63,286 nucleotides of DNA, filler included, from Choristocarpus tenellus KU-1152 (GCA_964200185.2; 11 parts of 11 records of this genome joined end to end with filler, not necessarily neighbours in it); one strand, 5' to 3'; positions 37,190-48,831 are shown, numbered from the whole stretch's first letter. The notes: generated by a model from the letters alone, not told the origin. Numbers and translations: made by a program.

Positions 37190-39724
37190 GAGTGCAAGGG
37201 ACAATGCCAATTTCACCAAGGTGTCGAGGAATTCCTTTGTGTGTGCCCTTATGGTACAAATATTCTTGGCCAATTTTACCCTCTATAATATTAGCAAGCC
37301 CTGCAATGATGTGCTCAAGTGATCTGCTGGGATTCTGATGAATTGTCACAGGACCTCCCCCTTTTTCACTACAACAGGCGCTGAACTCAGATGTCTCTCC
37401 CTGGTATCAGCATCACAATACAGGTATGTATATATATTTCACCAGGCATATCTTGGCAGAAGTATGGAAGGGACCCATCACCTCCCCTACGGAGAGAGAA
37501 TAACAGAAGGCATGAACTACAAATAATTAGTACTGTTCAGAAGGACCGCTGTCAGCGACTTTGCCAGGAAAGCCAAGAAGTGTACTTAGAAGATCTGCAA
37601 AAATCTAGACATATGATAAGTAGTTGCTCAGGAAGCTGATGATACTCTGTGAGATTCTGACCAGAAACTACGGTGACACTTGCACTTTCGTTGATAGAAT
37701 GGTATGATTTTTTTTAACAAAGGAGCAGTACAAAAACATACTGCCAAGGCTATCCTGACCAAAAAGAAGTTGCGTAACCTGAGGTTTGTTTCTGCTGTAG
37801 TCTCTGAACCTCCGCGATGATGCATCCCAACAGTAGTAGACTAGACACCAAACTGTCATTTCCCTGGAGTGATACTTGCTTGTGGTTTATAGCCTTTCCT
37901 CCCAACTAGTCAACACTCTCCTTTGTAGCTGTTCAAGCATGGGTCTGAACTGGGAAATGTAGCACCTGCACGAGACAAAGCAGATAGTCACACGGGGGAG
38001 TTCAACGAAAGCGGGGAAAAGAGACCACAAGCAAGTACTAGTCTGCTGCAGGTACTTCACTGATGCAGCAGATTCAAGCTGAGATAGAGGCAGAAATATA
38101 GTGATCGTGAGGTAAGGAGGGAGGGAAGGGACGTACAGCTCTGGATATTCAACAACCCCATGAGCTGTTTCATTCTAGTGCTAACACAAACAAAATGAAT
38201 TGTACCACGCAATGCTTTTGTCACTTAAACCATTGTAGTACAAAGTGTATCACGCAAACTGGTACGTCTGATGATCAACCAAGCCCCAAGCACTGTCTAG
38301 AGCTCTATACTGTAAAATGAATGTTGATCAATACAACACTGTGTATGTGTGTCTGTCTCACAAATATCTTCCTTCAACCCAAGAAGCAATACATCAACAT
38401 TCAACCAATGCCTGTCAGAGTCCTGGCATTGGTTGAGGCGGAGGTGTCTCACCTGATATATAGGGGTGATTTGCCTACGTGAAGTGATCCCCCAAAAGTA
38501 GTGGTAGTTTTCCCCCCCTTGTTTCCTCCTCTCCTTGACATGTCATTCCAATCTTGATTCCACGTGCTCTTCCACCAAACAACATATAAGAAATGGACTT
38601 GGAGCATACTCACATATTTCCTATCACACTCCTATCGGATACCTCTGGACCATTTGTAACCATCACCATCTGCAACTATTGACAATCAATGTACACCTTT
38701 CCATTTGGTTGTCCTCTTTGTAGAACACCAACATCTGTGACACCCCTGGACAGTTACCCACACCTCCCACACCCCTACCCCCCTTCACCTCATAGCTCGC
38801 CTTACACTACACCGATGACAACTGATCCCATTCAAACATGCTGCAGCTCAATACAGCTTCCTGTACCACCATCAACCACAAAATCACAAGCATAATACAT
38901 GTTTTGGAAGACATGTGATGGTGTCCTCTCTATCACGAATTCCATGACAGCACCCAAGCTACTCATGTTCATGTTGTGCCCACCACACCCACCCTGCTCC
39001 GTTCTGCTCACCAGGATGTGAGGAGATCTGATGGCTAGCCTTTGAAAGAGGGTACCTCGTCACCTCCAACCACTTCTCTGTGGTGTGTTTTTCAGGTCTT
39101 TTGTCCATACCAGACCCTCCCCACCTCATTCTCTCGCCCAGCATCCCTTCCTTTGGCCCTGTGTGGTTAGCCCCATCATCCTTCCACCAGTTGGGTATCT
39201 TGCGTTGTCCAACAATTTTCATGCGGACTTTGACTCTGAATTTCCAAGGACTCACTTCTCTGCACTGAATTGTTTCCCAACACCTTCTTAGGGTCCTTGA
39301 CCTTTTGCTCCACTGACCCATTTATACGATTCAGTCTTGTGTCCCTTGGCAGTTCCTGCCTTTCTCAGCTTCCATGTGCTTCCTACTGAGCTTTGCCCTC
39401 TGCCTTGAGGGAAACACCCGGCACCGCCACATCCTCGCTTAACACACTTTTCCTTTCAACTTCAGGTAGCACCCATCACCGAAAACATTCTCTACCAGTT
39501 ATCCATCAGAGGTATCGATGGATGCCGAACCACCCATCCGCAACGAAAGTTGAACTTGCCACATTGAGTGCTCTGTGTACCCCACACAGAGGGGTGTAAG
39601 GGTGAAGAGAACCTTGATAATAAGATCAGCATTTCCCAAGACTAGAATACTCCTCAAAATTGACACCTTTATTCAACAATGGGAAACAGAGTCGTTTCTC
39701 CGCTATCATCCACACTTGTGGCAT
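37190..39724 (-). pseudogene. Degenerate spliced gene, copy A; downstream exon resembles a CRN/RHS-type P-loop NTPase
   Basis: ATG at 39724. Exon ending GKTTTTFGGSLHVGKSPLYI-ag|gtgaga at 38453; intron 38452-37966 joins in phase to R-CYISQF. Downstream remnants PGK*QFGV* (Walker A-like) and YLYCDA (Walker B-like). Many stops and frameshifts. Confidence 0.4.
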
Positions 39725-41080
39725 ATTCACCCCACAATTCAAAGCGGGAGAACAATCCTCTGTCACATTGTTGTAACAAACAAGGTGTCCATCCTGAAGA
39801 GTCTTCTTGTCCTCAGAGATGCCGACACAAGCCCCACGGGTCACTCCTACAATACAGACCCTCATGTAGTACGCACGGAGAACTCCAACTGCAAAGTTCA
39901 ACTCTTTCAAACAAAAAAAGGTTGTTGCAGATGGTTGCCTCAGTGTCTATCTATACCTCTGATGGACGACTGCCAGATAAACATCTTGGTGATGGGTGCT
40001 CCACCAAGTTGAAACAAAAAGTGATCAAAGCGAGAACGTTGGGGGGGGCAGGGACGGGTGATTCTCTCAAGGCAGAGGGCAGAACTCAGGAAGAAGCACC
40101 TGGAACCCGAGAAAAACAGGAACTGCCAAGGAACACACCATCTACACGTAGGAATGGATTCGAGCACCAAGAGGTAAAGGACCCTGAGAAAGTATTGGCA
40201 GAAAGGAAAGACGGGTTCCAGTTCAATGAAGGAAGACAAGGGCTCTGCAGAGTCAAAGCTCCAATCAAAATTGTTGGATGAGACCAAGCAACCCAACTGG
40301 TGGAAGGATGGTAGGGCAAACCAAGGAAGCCCAAGGGAAGGGGGGCAGGGCAAGAGAGCCAGATCGCCTGGGTCTCGTATCGAGATATCACATCAAGTAC
40401 CCACCACAGAGAAGTGGTTGAGGGGGAGGAGGTACCCCCTTCCTAAAGCCAGCCACCAGATGTCTCCACATCCTCGTTCAGGAGCACAACAGAGCAGGGT
40501 GAGGTGCGACAACCACACCATGAACATGAGAAAGTTGGGTGATGTCATGGAATTCGTGATTGAGAGGGCTCCATCAATTGTCTTCCAGAACATTGTATTG
40601 TGCTTATGATTATGTGGTCAATGGCAGTGCAGGGAGTTGTATTGAGCTGCAGCATGTTTGAACTGGAGCTGTCGTCATAGGTGTAATGTGAGGCAAGCTA
40701 TGAAGTGGAAGGGGGCGGGGGGGAGAGGTGTGGGCAACTCTCCAGGGGTATCACAGATGTTGGGGTGCCAAAAAATATCACAACCACATGGGAATGAGTG
40801 ATGCAATTGTCGTTAGTTGTAGGGAGTGAGGGTAACTAAACGTCTACAGGTATCAATTGTGGGTGTGGAAGTAGGAAATATGACAACCAAGTATTTTGAG
40901 TGATGAGTAGTCTAATTGTTGCTGTTGTGGTAGGATATGCGATGGAAGAGTGAGTGCATAACTATGCTGTGGAAAGGTTGGGGAGTTGGGCGTAAAATAC
41001 AATGCCAAGACTAGCAATAGGCATTGTTTCAATGTTTATCTTTTCGTTGTTGGGTTGAAGAACATGCTTGTGAGACAGAC
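38351..41080. repeat. 2.7-kb imperfect palindrome (copy A), loop at 39722-39731
   Basis: Collinear reverse-complement matches from outside in: 38351-38430 with 41001-41080; 38831-38975 with 40515-40662 (about 85% by hand alignment); 39385-39420 with 40056-40090; 39626-39668 with 39782-39825; terminal stem TTGTGG/CCACAA. Confidence 0.92.
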
Positions 41081-41699
41081 TCAATGGTGCCACAGAGCAC
41101 CCCAGAGTCAAAAGTGGACAACTCCACAGATAAAATAAAACACACCTGTATATGCTACTTCAAACACTTAGGGTCAATCCAGCTCGATGTATAGTGTTAC
41201 CACAAGAATTGAAATATGTTGATTAAGTTGAGGTGCTTGGCCTGCAGGAACAACCCATTCCCTCGCAGCAAGTGCTTGTATAATAGTACCAGATAACACA
41301 GTGAGGGCACTACTTACAAGCATATACCTCACTTGATATTTTATGAAAAGAAATCAGCAATCGTTCTACTTCTACTTCTACTTCTACTATTACTATGCAC
41401 AGAACAACAAGATAGATGAAAGGTTTCTGAATGCTCTCAGCTCTGTGGGAGAGACATCGCAACCCGAGGCCTTACAAGGGCAGCCATCCGTTGGCACCTG
41501 AAACAGAGAGAAATATTAACAAAACAAGAGATAGACCAAGAAGAGATAAAGCTAGACCACACAGGAGTTACCTCCTCCTTCAAGTACCGCCAGTCGTAAC
41601 AGTTTCTCAACCCTCCCAATCCATCCTTCTTCTAGCTGCTAAGGGCTCGCCGTGCTTCTAGCACTTCCACACTCACAACCAATTTTGGATTCTGTCACA

Positions 41700-42685
41700 A
41701 GCATTTCAGCACCACTATAATATTATCAATCTGTACTCCAAACAAGTACAGGATTTGTTGTTCAGATCAAAGCACAGCACACAATCATCTTCATTCTTAG
41801 TACTCCTTCCCGTTACGTACACAATATCCACCGATTCAATATAAACGTCACAAAAACACAGCATAATTATCACATCAAACATGGCAGTGTCAAAGGCACG
41901 CTACTGGAGTGGAGTCACAAGGTGGATACAGTGCCTGCATCAGACAAAGTAGATAGGCACACAGGGAAGTTCACAACAAGCAAGTGCGAGCTCCAGTGTG
42001 TTTCCTACGATTAGTTCATTGATGTGGCAGATCCAAATTGTGACAGAGGCTGAAATATGTTGTTGGCAATCATGAGGATAGAGGGAAGGGAAAGAATGAG
42101 CACTGTCTAGAGCTCTATACTATACGGTATATACCACTCTTATCATACACACATATATAGATAGATTAATGCTGATCAATACAACACTGTCTATGTGGGT
42201 CTGTCTCCCAATCACGTCATCCAACCCAACAGCCAATACATCAACGTTCAACCAATGCCTGTTTGGAGTCCCGGCATTGGTTGGGGAGGAGGTGTCTCAC
42301 CTGATGTAGAGGGGTGCTATACCTACGTCAAGTGATCCCCCAAAAGTGGTGGTAGTTCTTCCCCGTGGAGAGAATCACCCAGACCCAACCCCCCAACGTC
42401 CTCGTTTTGAGCACTTCATCCTTGAAGCGCCCATCCATCAGAAGGCTTTCTGCCAGTCGTCCGACAGAGGTACGGATGGATGCCAAAGTACCCATCCGCT
42501 ACAGTAGCTGAACTTTCCCCCTTGAGAGGTCTGTACACGCCACGCGAAGGAGTGTAAGGACGAAGTGGTCCTTGAAGTCAAGATCAGCATCTCCGAAGAC
42601 AAGAATACTCCTCAGGATTGACACCTTGCCTTGTTTTTCGGCAACGCGACAGAGAAGCGATCGCCCGTTCGCACACTTGTGGCAT
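41700..42685 (-). pseudogene. Degenerate spliced gene, copy B, with about 0.9-kb internal deletion near 42365
   Basis: ATG at 42685; GRTTTTFGGSLDVGIAPLYI-ag|gtgaga at 42301; intron 42300-41935; four synonymous differences from copy A in this 20-codon exon end. Confidence 0.4.
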
Positions 42686-44160
42686 ATTCGCCCCACACTT
42701 CAAACCAGGCTAACGCTCTCTGAATCGCTTTCTCGCCAAAACATTCAAGGGTTCCATCATGAGGGGCACTCTCGTTTTCGGAAATGCCGATTAAGACGGA
42801 AGTGATCACTTAGGTCTCACCCAATTCCATGTAGCGTGGACGGAGAACTCGAGGTGGAGAGTTCAACTCCTTGAAATCACAACTGACTTTAGGGATGGGC
42901 CATTCCACGTCCATCTGTAGTTTTGACTGCTTACTGCCAGAGGACCTTCTTCGTGATGGGCGTAGCCCGGATTCGAAGGATAAATTGAACAAAGTGAGGA
43001 CGTTGGGAGAGGTTGGGGTTGGTGATTCTATCAAGGCATGGATCTGACCTCATGAAGAAGATCGAGGGAATTTGAAAGGGAGAAAGATAGGAGGATATGG
43101 GGTCAAAATTGTGGGCGGATGGTGGACGGTCATCACTAGATGTGAACACACCAAGTACATACACATCACCTCTCTCGAATTCAAGGGGGGTGCTTTTGGC
43201 ATGTTCAGTACCGACATGAAAGTACTCAAGTCGGAGGTACTATTTGTAGGTTGGTTTAGGTGTTGGCATGCATTTTTGGGCCCCTTGATTTGATGTTTGG
43301 GTTACAATTTCGAAGTTGGTCGAATTCTGAAATTTCGGTCATCCCTCGATTGGGCTGCGTGGTAAAGGTCTCCGCGACCACAGTTTCCGAACGAAACACT
43401 GTCGACGTTGGTGAAACTCATCCTTATTGTTTGTGCTTGGTGATGGGCATGTTTGGGTGTTTGCTTAAAAACAGCGGTGCCACAACGCTCGCTTTGTTTT
43501 GTCGTCAAATGGAGGGAGAGGATAAGCGGTGCTCGAAACGAACCCTTGTTAAGGCCTTCAGGTCAAACATGCCACGTAAGGAGTACGGAGGATGAACGTA
43601 TGCACGGAGAGAACGTGGATTTTCCTCGAAGCCTTTTAGCACTGCTTGGGCAAGCGCTGTCTCGGTGCAGCTTAGGGTGGGTGGGTGAAGCGTTTCCGTG
43701 GTGTGCCAATATTGATTGGATGAATACTGCCGGTGTGGAGGCAGCTGATGCTGAGGGTTAAGGAAGGGCTCGTTTAACCTCGACATGTGGGCGTTGGGGT
43801 CGCCTGTTTAGTGTTTTTTGTGATACTCCCATTTTTTCCACAAGCATAGATGTCTCGGTGGTGGCAGTGATTGAGTCTGCACTGCTCTCCCCGGTGCTGG
43901 GGCCTCTTCTGCCCAAACCCTTTCCGTGACTTGATGTAGTTAGCATGTTGTCGGCGCTAGTCAAAGCAGGTAACAATATTTCCCGAGGCTTGCGGTGGAT
44001 AATTTTTCCTTTGTACTCACTGTGGTCTGCATGGTGGCCAAGACCACCATCTCTTGTTCTCGTTCGGGTGGTTCTGGAGGCATTTGGGTCGGAGAGAGCA
44101 GTAGATGAGGATGTTGATGTTACTTGTTGATAAGGGTCTTGTGGATGACTTGAGTGGAGA
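42200..44160. repeat. Imperfect palindrome, copy B (clear core 42371-43029; probable outer pairing of 42204-42247 with 44112-44160)
   Basis: AGAATCACC..CCCAACGTCCTC pairs with GAGGACGTTGGG..GGTGATTCT; loop CACACTTGTGGCATATTCGCCCCACA is nearly identical to copy A. Confidence 0.8.
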
Positions 44161-45002
44161 TGTTAGGAATGGGAAGGGGTGGGAGAAGGGGGACATGGTG
44201 CCTGCGTCTCGGGTCGGACTGGAAGTAGGCGAAATAGGTGCAGAGCGTACCAGACAGTCGAGCGGAGATGGACCTGGATTTGCAGTGTCTGGATTTCGCG
44301 GCCGATGCAGAGTGTGGCTTTGTGCTGACAGTCCTCGTCTTGTTTCACTGATGGTGGTCATCCAAGGACTGTTGGTCCGATCTGTTGGCAGAACCGCGAT
44401 GAACTCTAGGTTTCAGTTATGGTGACAATCTCCAAGTACTCTTTGTCTCTTGCCCCATATCCTCTTGAGTGATTGTTTATCAGAGGCCATGACGAGTGAC
44501 TCTGATTGGTTGGGTTGTATTGCGAACTGTTCCAACTCAAGTGTCAGACTTGAGGTGTATCAGTTCTGTATCCTTTCTGTTTGTGCTTGTCTACGTGCAC
44601 CTTGCTTGTGCAGCTACGCACAATGTGTTGAAGTTGCCTTGATCGTCCATCTCGGTTCATCTCATCTCACTCTCTTACCAGGATCCCATTCCTGTCCATC
44701 TCACTGCTGTCTCATTGACGCAACCCGGTGGCTATTGTCGCCAATCACTTTTAGAGATTGGAGCCATTGATATGTCATGATTAGAAGGATAGGCTATCAA
44801 TAGTGCAGCATTAGAAGTAATCAAAGTTGATTTAGTCAGATCAACACCAATTTGTTATTATTTTCAAATACATCGATTGGAAATATGTAGGCAATTGCAC
44901 TTTTTTTCCAAGTTTTTCACCCAACTCTTTCCATCCACCGTACAAGTGGGGCAGCTGCCTTCCTTTGGTGACAGGTCTGATGACCATTGTTACAACATGC
45001 AG

Positions 45003-45101
45003 ATGCGCTTGGTGGAGTTCTTTGCCCCCTGGTGTGGACACTGCAAGCAGTTGGCACCAGAATGGGCATCGGCAGCATCCCAGCTGCAGGGAACTATCAA
45101 T
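45003..45101 (+). CDS. Protein disulfide isomerase (PDIA6/P5-like) thioredoxin-domain exon
   Basis: [28 protein letters not shown] between cag| and |gt. Confidence 0.85.
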
Positions 45102-45135
45102 GTGGGATTGGATGGGGGGGGGGGAAGGGGGGTAA

Positions 45136-45235
45136 NNNNNNNNNNNNNNNNNNNNNNNNNNNNNNNNNNNNNNNNNNNNTTAATTAATTAANNNNNNNNN
45201 NNNNNNNNNNNNNNNNNNNNNNNNNNNNNNNNNNN
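45136..45235. other. Artificial contig-joining spacer
   Basis: N44-TTAATTAATTAA-N44. Confidence 0.97.
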
Positions 45236-45565
45236 TTGTTTTCCCGCCCCGGGCGCGAGTGACACCCGCGGGTTGGCCCCCCCCCCCCCCCCAGATACTT
45301 TGAGCCAGAATAGGAGGATACCTTTACCAATCGAAACATGGAGGCTGGAGTCCAATGGGCAATGGACTAGCGAAGAACATTTAACGGATTATTAACATTT
45401 GGTGGGAAGGGCAGTCCTCTCTATATGGGTGAGCTCACTCCATCCTGTTCCTTCTATCCAACTTAAAAATGACAAACAATTAGATTACACACAAGTCCTG
45501 GAAACATCAGATTTAACAAGAAAAACTCTACACCACACTATATGAGTGAGGAGAACCATGGAGAC

Positions 45566-45825
45566 GAGCCAAAGCATTTAAGAGGGTAGAACTGCATCCG
45601 TTAGGGTTCATAAATCCATTGTTGTGATTTTGATGGATTTTGGCTATCGTGTGTGTTAGAAAGTGTCAATATCCTTGCTCCGGACACACCTTTCATAGTT
45701 GTATACATTTTAGCTAACTGTGTTCACACAGAAAGCCGAAAAAGGGCATAAAATACCTATGTGGTTAGCCAAGCTCCAAATGGACACACAGGGCACAACT
45801 CCTACCCTCTTAAATGTTTTGGGTC
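45566..45825 (-). mobile_element. Diverged MITE family 1 copy (260 bp)
   Basis: TIRs GAGCCAAAGCATTTAAGAGGGTAG / CTACCCTCTTAAATGTTTTGGGTC; flanks AGAC/GGAC; interior is a reverse-complement homolog of 28806-29064. Confidence 0.75.
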
Positions 45826-45916
45826 GGACCACATTGAGGAGTGCGGAAGGACAACTCCCTATCAACAAAAACTTTTAACTGAATGATAATCTAAGACGAC
45901 GAAAGTATCACAATTT

Positions 45917-47420
45917 CAAGAAATGGAGAACATTATTTGGCACTTCTTGTAAAAAAAATAACTCTTCACAAACTACATTACTCTTCCTTTTTTTTCTGAC
46001 AAATGCAACAGCTCTTCAAAAGCTTCTTCAAGTCCTCTTTCGCATATTGCCTGTACTGTCGTAGGTGCCCAACACGTACAGCTCCTTTGTCTTCCTCATC
46101 CTCCCAGAGATTTCCCTGTCAAGAGGAAGAAGTGTTCAACCGCAAGTTAACGCAGCAAAATAGTCAACCTTACAAGTTGGAACCCACAAAAAAAATGACT
46201 CGGGACCGTTATCAGGTATACACAGGAAACTGCTGTTGGAGGATTCTGCCACAAAAATGTGCAAATGTTTAGAGCTGATGACACCAAGGTGACAAGATAA
46301 GTATCAATTCCCTGCCTTTCCCCTCAGCACTTACATCCTCGTCCTTGAAAGGGTCCTCAATGAACTCGTGCAGGTTCTGCAACTTTTGACCAGTTGTCCT
46401 CAGCAGGAAGGGTCTGATGTCAAACTCTGCATTATTCTTGGGCTTGCACATTGCTGCACTTTCCTCAGCCTTTCTCCAATCCCCCCATTTTTCTGCTGAT
46501 GGAAACGCTTTATTCATAGCTGTGCTGTATTTGCCCTTCTTCACGTTATGTTCGTCGCGGATCCAAATATACCATTGCACAATGCTCCAAACACCACGGA
46601 ACCAGAGTAGTCCATAGAGAACCGTCGCTATGAAGAAAATAACAACAGAGCAGATGACTGAAACTGACAGCCAACCAAGAACTTTGAAAGTTCCTGACAC
46701 ACAATCAAATGTAAGCCCCCTGCTCTGTGCTCTCTTGGCGTCCTGGGCGTTACTCCTGGTATTGATAGACTTTTCACTGCAATTGCTGGCCCGCCGTGTG
46801 ACAGCATGTTGTGAAGGTACAGGGTCTTCCTGCTCCTCCAGATTTATCTGTCTAAGCTGACAACTAAAAAACTGGCAAACACAATATTCCCGAAAAAGAT
46901 GTATTATGTCATCCTTGCACTCCATTAAAGTCTGCGGTATAGCACAGAAGGTAGAGAGGGTTACGTGTGATGAGGGGTGGCATGAGGAAAGGTTTTGGTC
47001 CACAGGTGGAGTTCAAAGAGGCTTTTGACAAAAAACACAGCATGTCCTCCCCACACAAGCCTCCCAAGTCTCCTCCTTTCCCAAACAAACTGCAGCAGCC
47101 CTCAAACTACCAACCCTCTCCAACACATATGATGCTGCCTACAATTATGTGGGCATTAGCACGACGAGGACAAACCAGACTGATTCCTACAACTTACAAT
47201 ATCCATAACTCACACCAGTTCACTAGGCAGAGCATCTCTACCACAATACCATACCTTCTTTGTCAGTGAAGCCCACACCAAGTACGGAGTAGAGATCACC
47301 CACAGCACGACAGAAAGACTACCGGCAAGTATACCCATGGTGCACGCAAATAGAAGTGTTCCTAGGGCCCACTTGATTCTATGCCAGCTCTGACTCTCTG
47401 ACCACGGCCTGCAATGCAAA
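45917..47420 (-). CDS. 3' exons of a hypothetical membrane protein
   Basis: 244-aa ORF 47003-46269 with hydrophobic stretch VLGWLSVSVICSVVIFFIATVLYGLLWF; upstream hydrophobic exon ending KK|gtatgg near 47255; possible last exon from about 46115. Confidence 0.5.
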
Positions 47421-47788
47421 CCATTGAGCAGCATGGGAGAAAGGGTGACAACTTGGTTGGGGCCAGGTGACTGACTGGGGTCTATGAGAGGTGACTTGTG
47501 CTTCACCTATTGACCAAGGAAAAATAAATATTGTGAGGTGGAACACAGTCACATCTTTCATCTGCTCATCCCAGGAATATTATAACAAAAAAATCATTGA
47601 AGTAACAGCATTATGTGCAAGGACAAAAGAAAAACGTATAATCAGAAACCTACAAACCTGCAAACAATGCCAAACATGGCAGGGATGTCTATCAGTAACC
47701 CGATAGCCACAGGTATCAAGTTTAGAGGTGGGGGAAGCATTTCCTCCTGGACAGAAGTGTTGGCATGCATCATTATTGAGGCCTTGGA

Positions 47789-47888
47789 NNNNNNNNNNNN
47801 NNNNNNNNNNNNNNNNNNNNNNNNNNNNNNNNTTAATTAATTAANNNNNNNNNNNNNNNNNNNNNNNNNNNNNNNNNNNNNNNNNNNN
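47789..47888. other. Artificial contig-joining spacer
   Basis: N44-TTAATTAATTAA-N44. Confidence 0.97.
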
Positions 47889-48108
47889 TTGGCCCCCCCC
47901 CCCCCCCCCCACAGAGGATGTTGACTGAGAGGACTCGAGGGGACCAAAAAGTAGTACACAGGGGGAATGGACAACCTTTTTTGTGACACCTGGACAAGGA
48001 GTACTGCTCTGCTGGTTCTTTACTGTTTCATTGGCATGTGTATTTTGATTCAATAGGGTTGAGGATGTCATCATTGATCTATGTGGGTGATATGAATCGC
48101 AAGAAATT

Positions 48109-48310
48109 TGTAGTGACTGTCATGATCATGGTTAGATTGATGTAGTGACTGTCATGATCAAGGTTAGATTGATGTAGTGACTGTCATGATCAAGGTTAGA
48201 TTGATGTAGTGACTGTCATGATCATGGTTAGATTGATGTAGTGACTGTCATGATCAAGGTTAGATTGATGTAGTGACTGTCACGATCAAGGTTAGATTGA
48301 TGTAGTGGCT
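48109..48310. repeat. 32-bp minisatellite, about 6 copies
   Basis: TGTAGTGACTGTCATGATCAWGGTTAGATTGA. Confidence 0.92.
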
Positions 48311-48831
48311 GCATTGGTCCTCCGCAACCTACTAGTTGTTCATTTCTTTTGTGCTTATGTTTTTTTTCTCAATACCTTACCTGGTGGTGAATTGTTGGTT
48401 TGTGGATGCTACTTCTTTGTTTGAAAACAGGCTACTATTGATCTCTCTCTCCCACCAGATTTGATTCTTTCTTGTTTTGTATTTCGAGTTGAATAAGTTG
48501 AGCACGCACTACCAGGAAAATTGATCTTTTAGTGTTTTCAATTCTAGTATACTGGTGGTATTCCTAATAGTACACATATGCAGTAGACTATGCACTTCAA
48601 GGTGCTCATCTGAAGTGTACTACTGTGAAAATGCTGTGGGAGTGTGCTCATCAGGGTCCCTTGTATACCATGGTGGTATTTCTCTGGAGGTAATTTCAAT
48701 TCTGTCCTTTGCAGAGCATGTCTCCAAGACTTGACCTATAATTCACACCTTTTCGGGTTCAAAGTATCAACTTTTCAATAACTGAAACATTCTGTTAAGT
48801 GCATATCATGTCTTTCATCGTTTGTGTGGCA

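Noticed and set aside
39711-39737. Loop sequence ACACTTGTGGCATATT resembles the hairpin-ribozyme loop B strand (ACACGUUGUGGUAUAUUAC)
   Set aside because: The partner AGAAAC strand and loop A elements are not correctly placed in either copy. An Infernal search would settle it.
41730-41800. DLNNKSCTCLEY as a MULE SWIM finger
   Set aside because: The following CxH is absent and no transposase context is present.
37965-42362. Direct repeats at 37965-38520 and 41934-42362 as LTRs
   Set aside because: No TG..CA ends, PBS, PPT or TSD seen. Homology continues into the hairpin cores, so these are duplicated units.
48109-48310. 32-bp repeats of CRISPR-like length
   Set aside because: Contiguous with no spacers, no cas genes, and a eukaryotic context.
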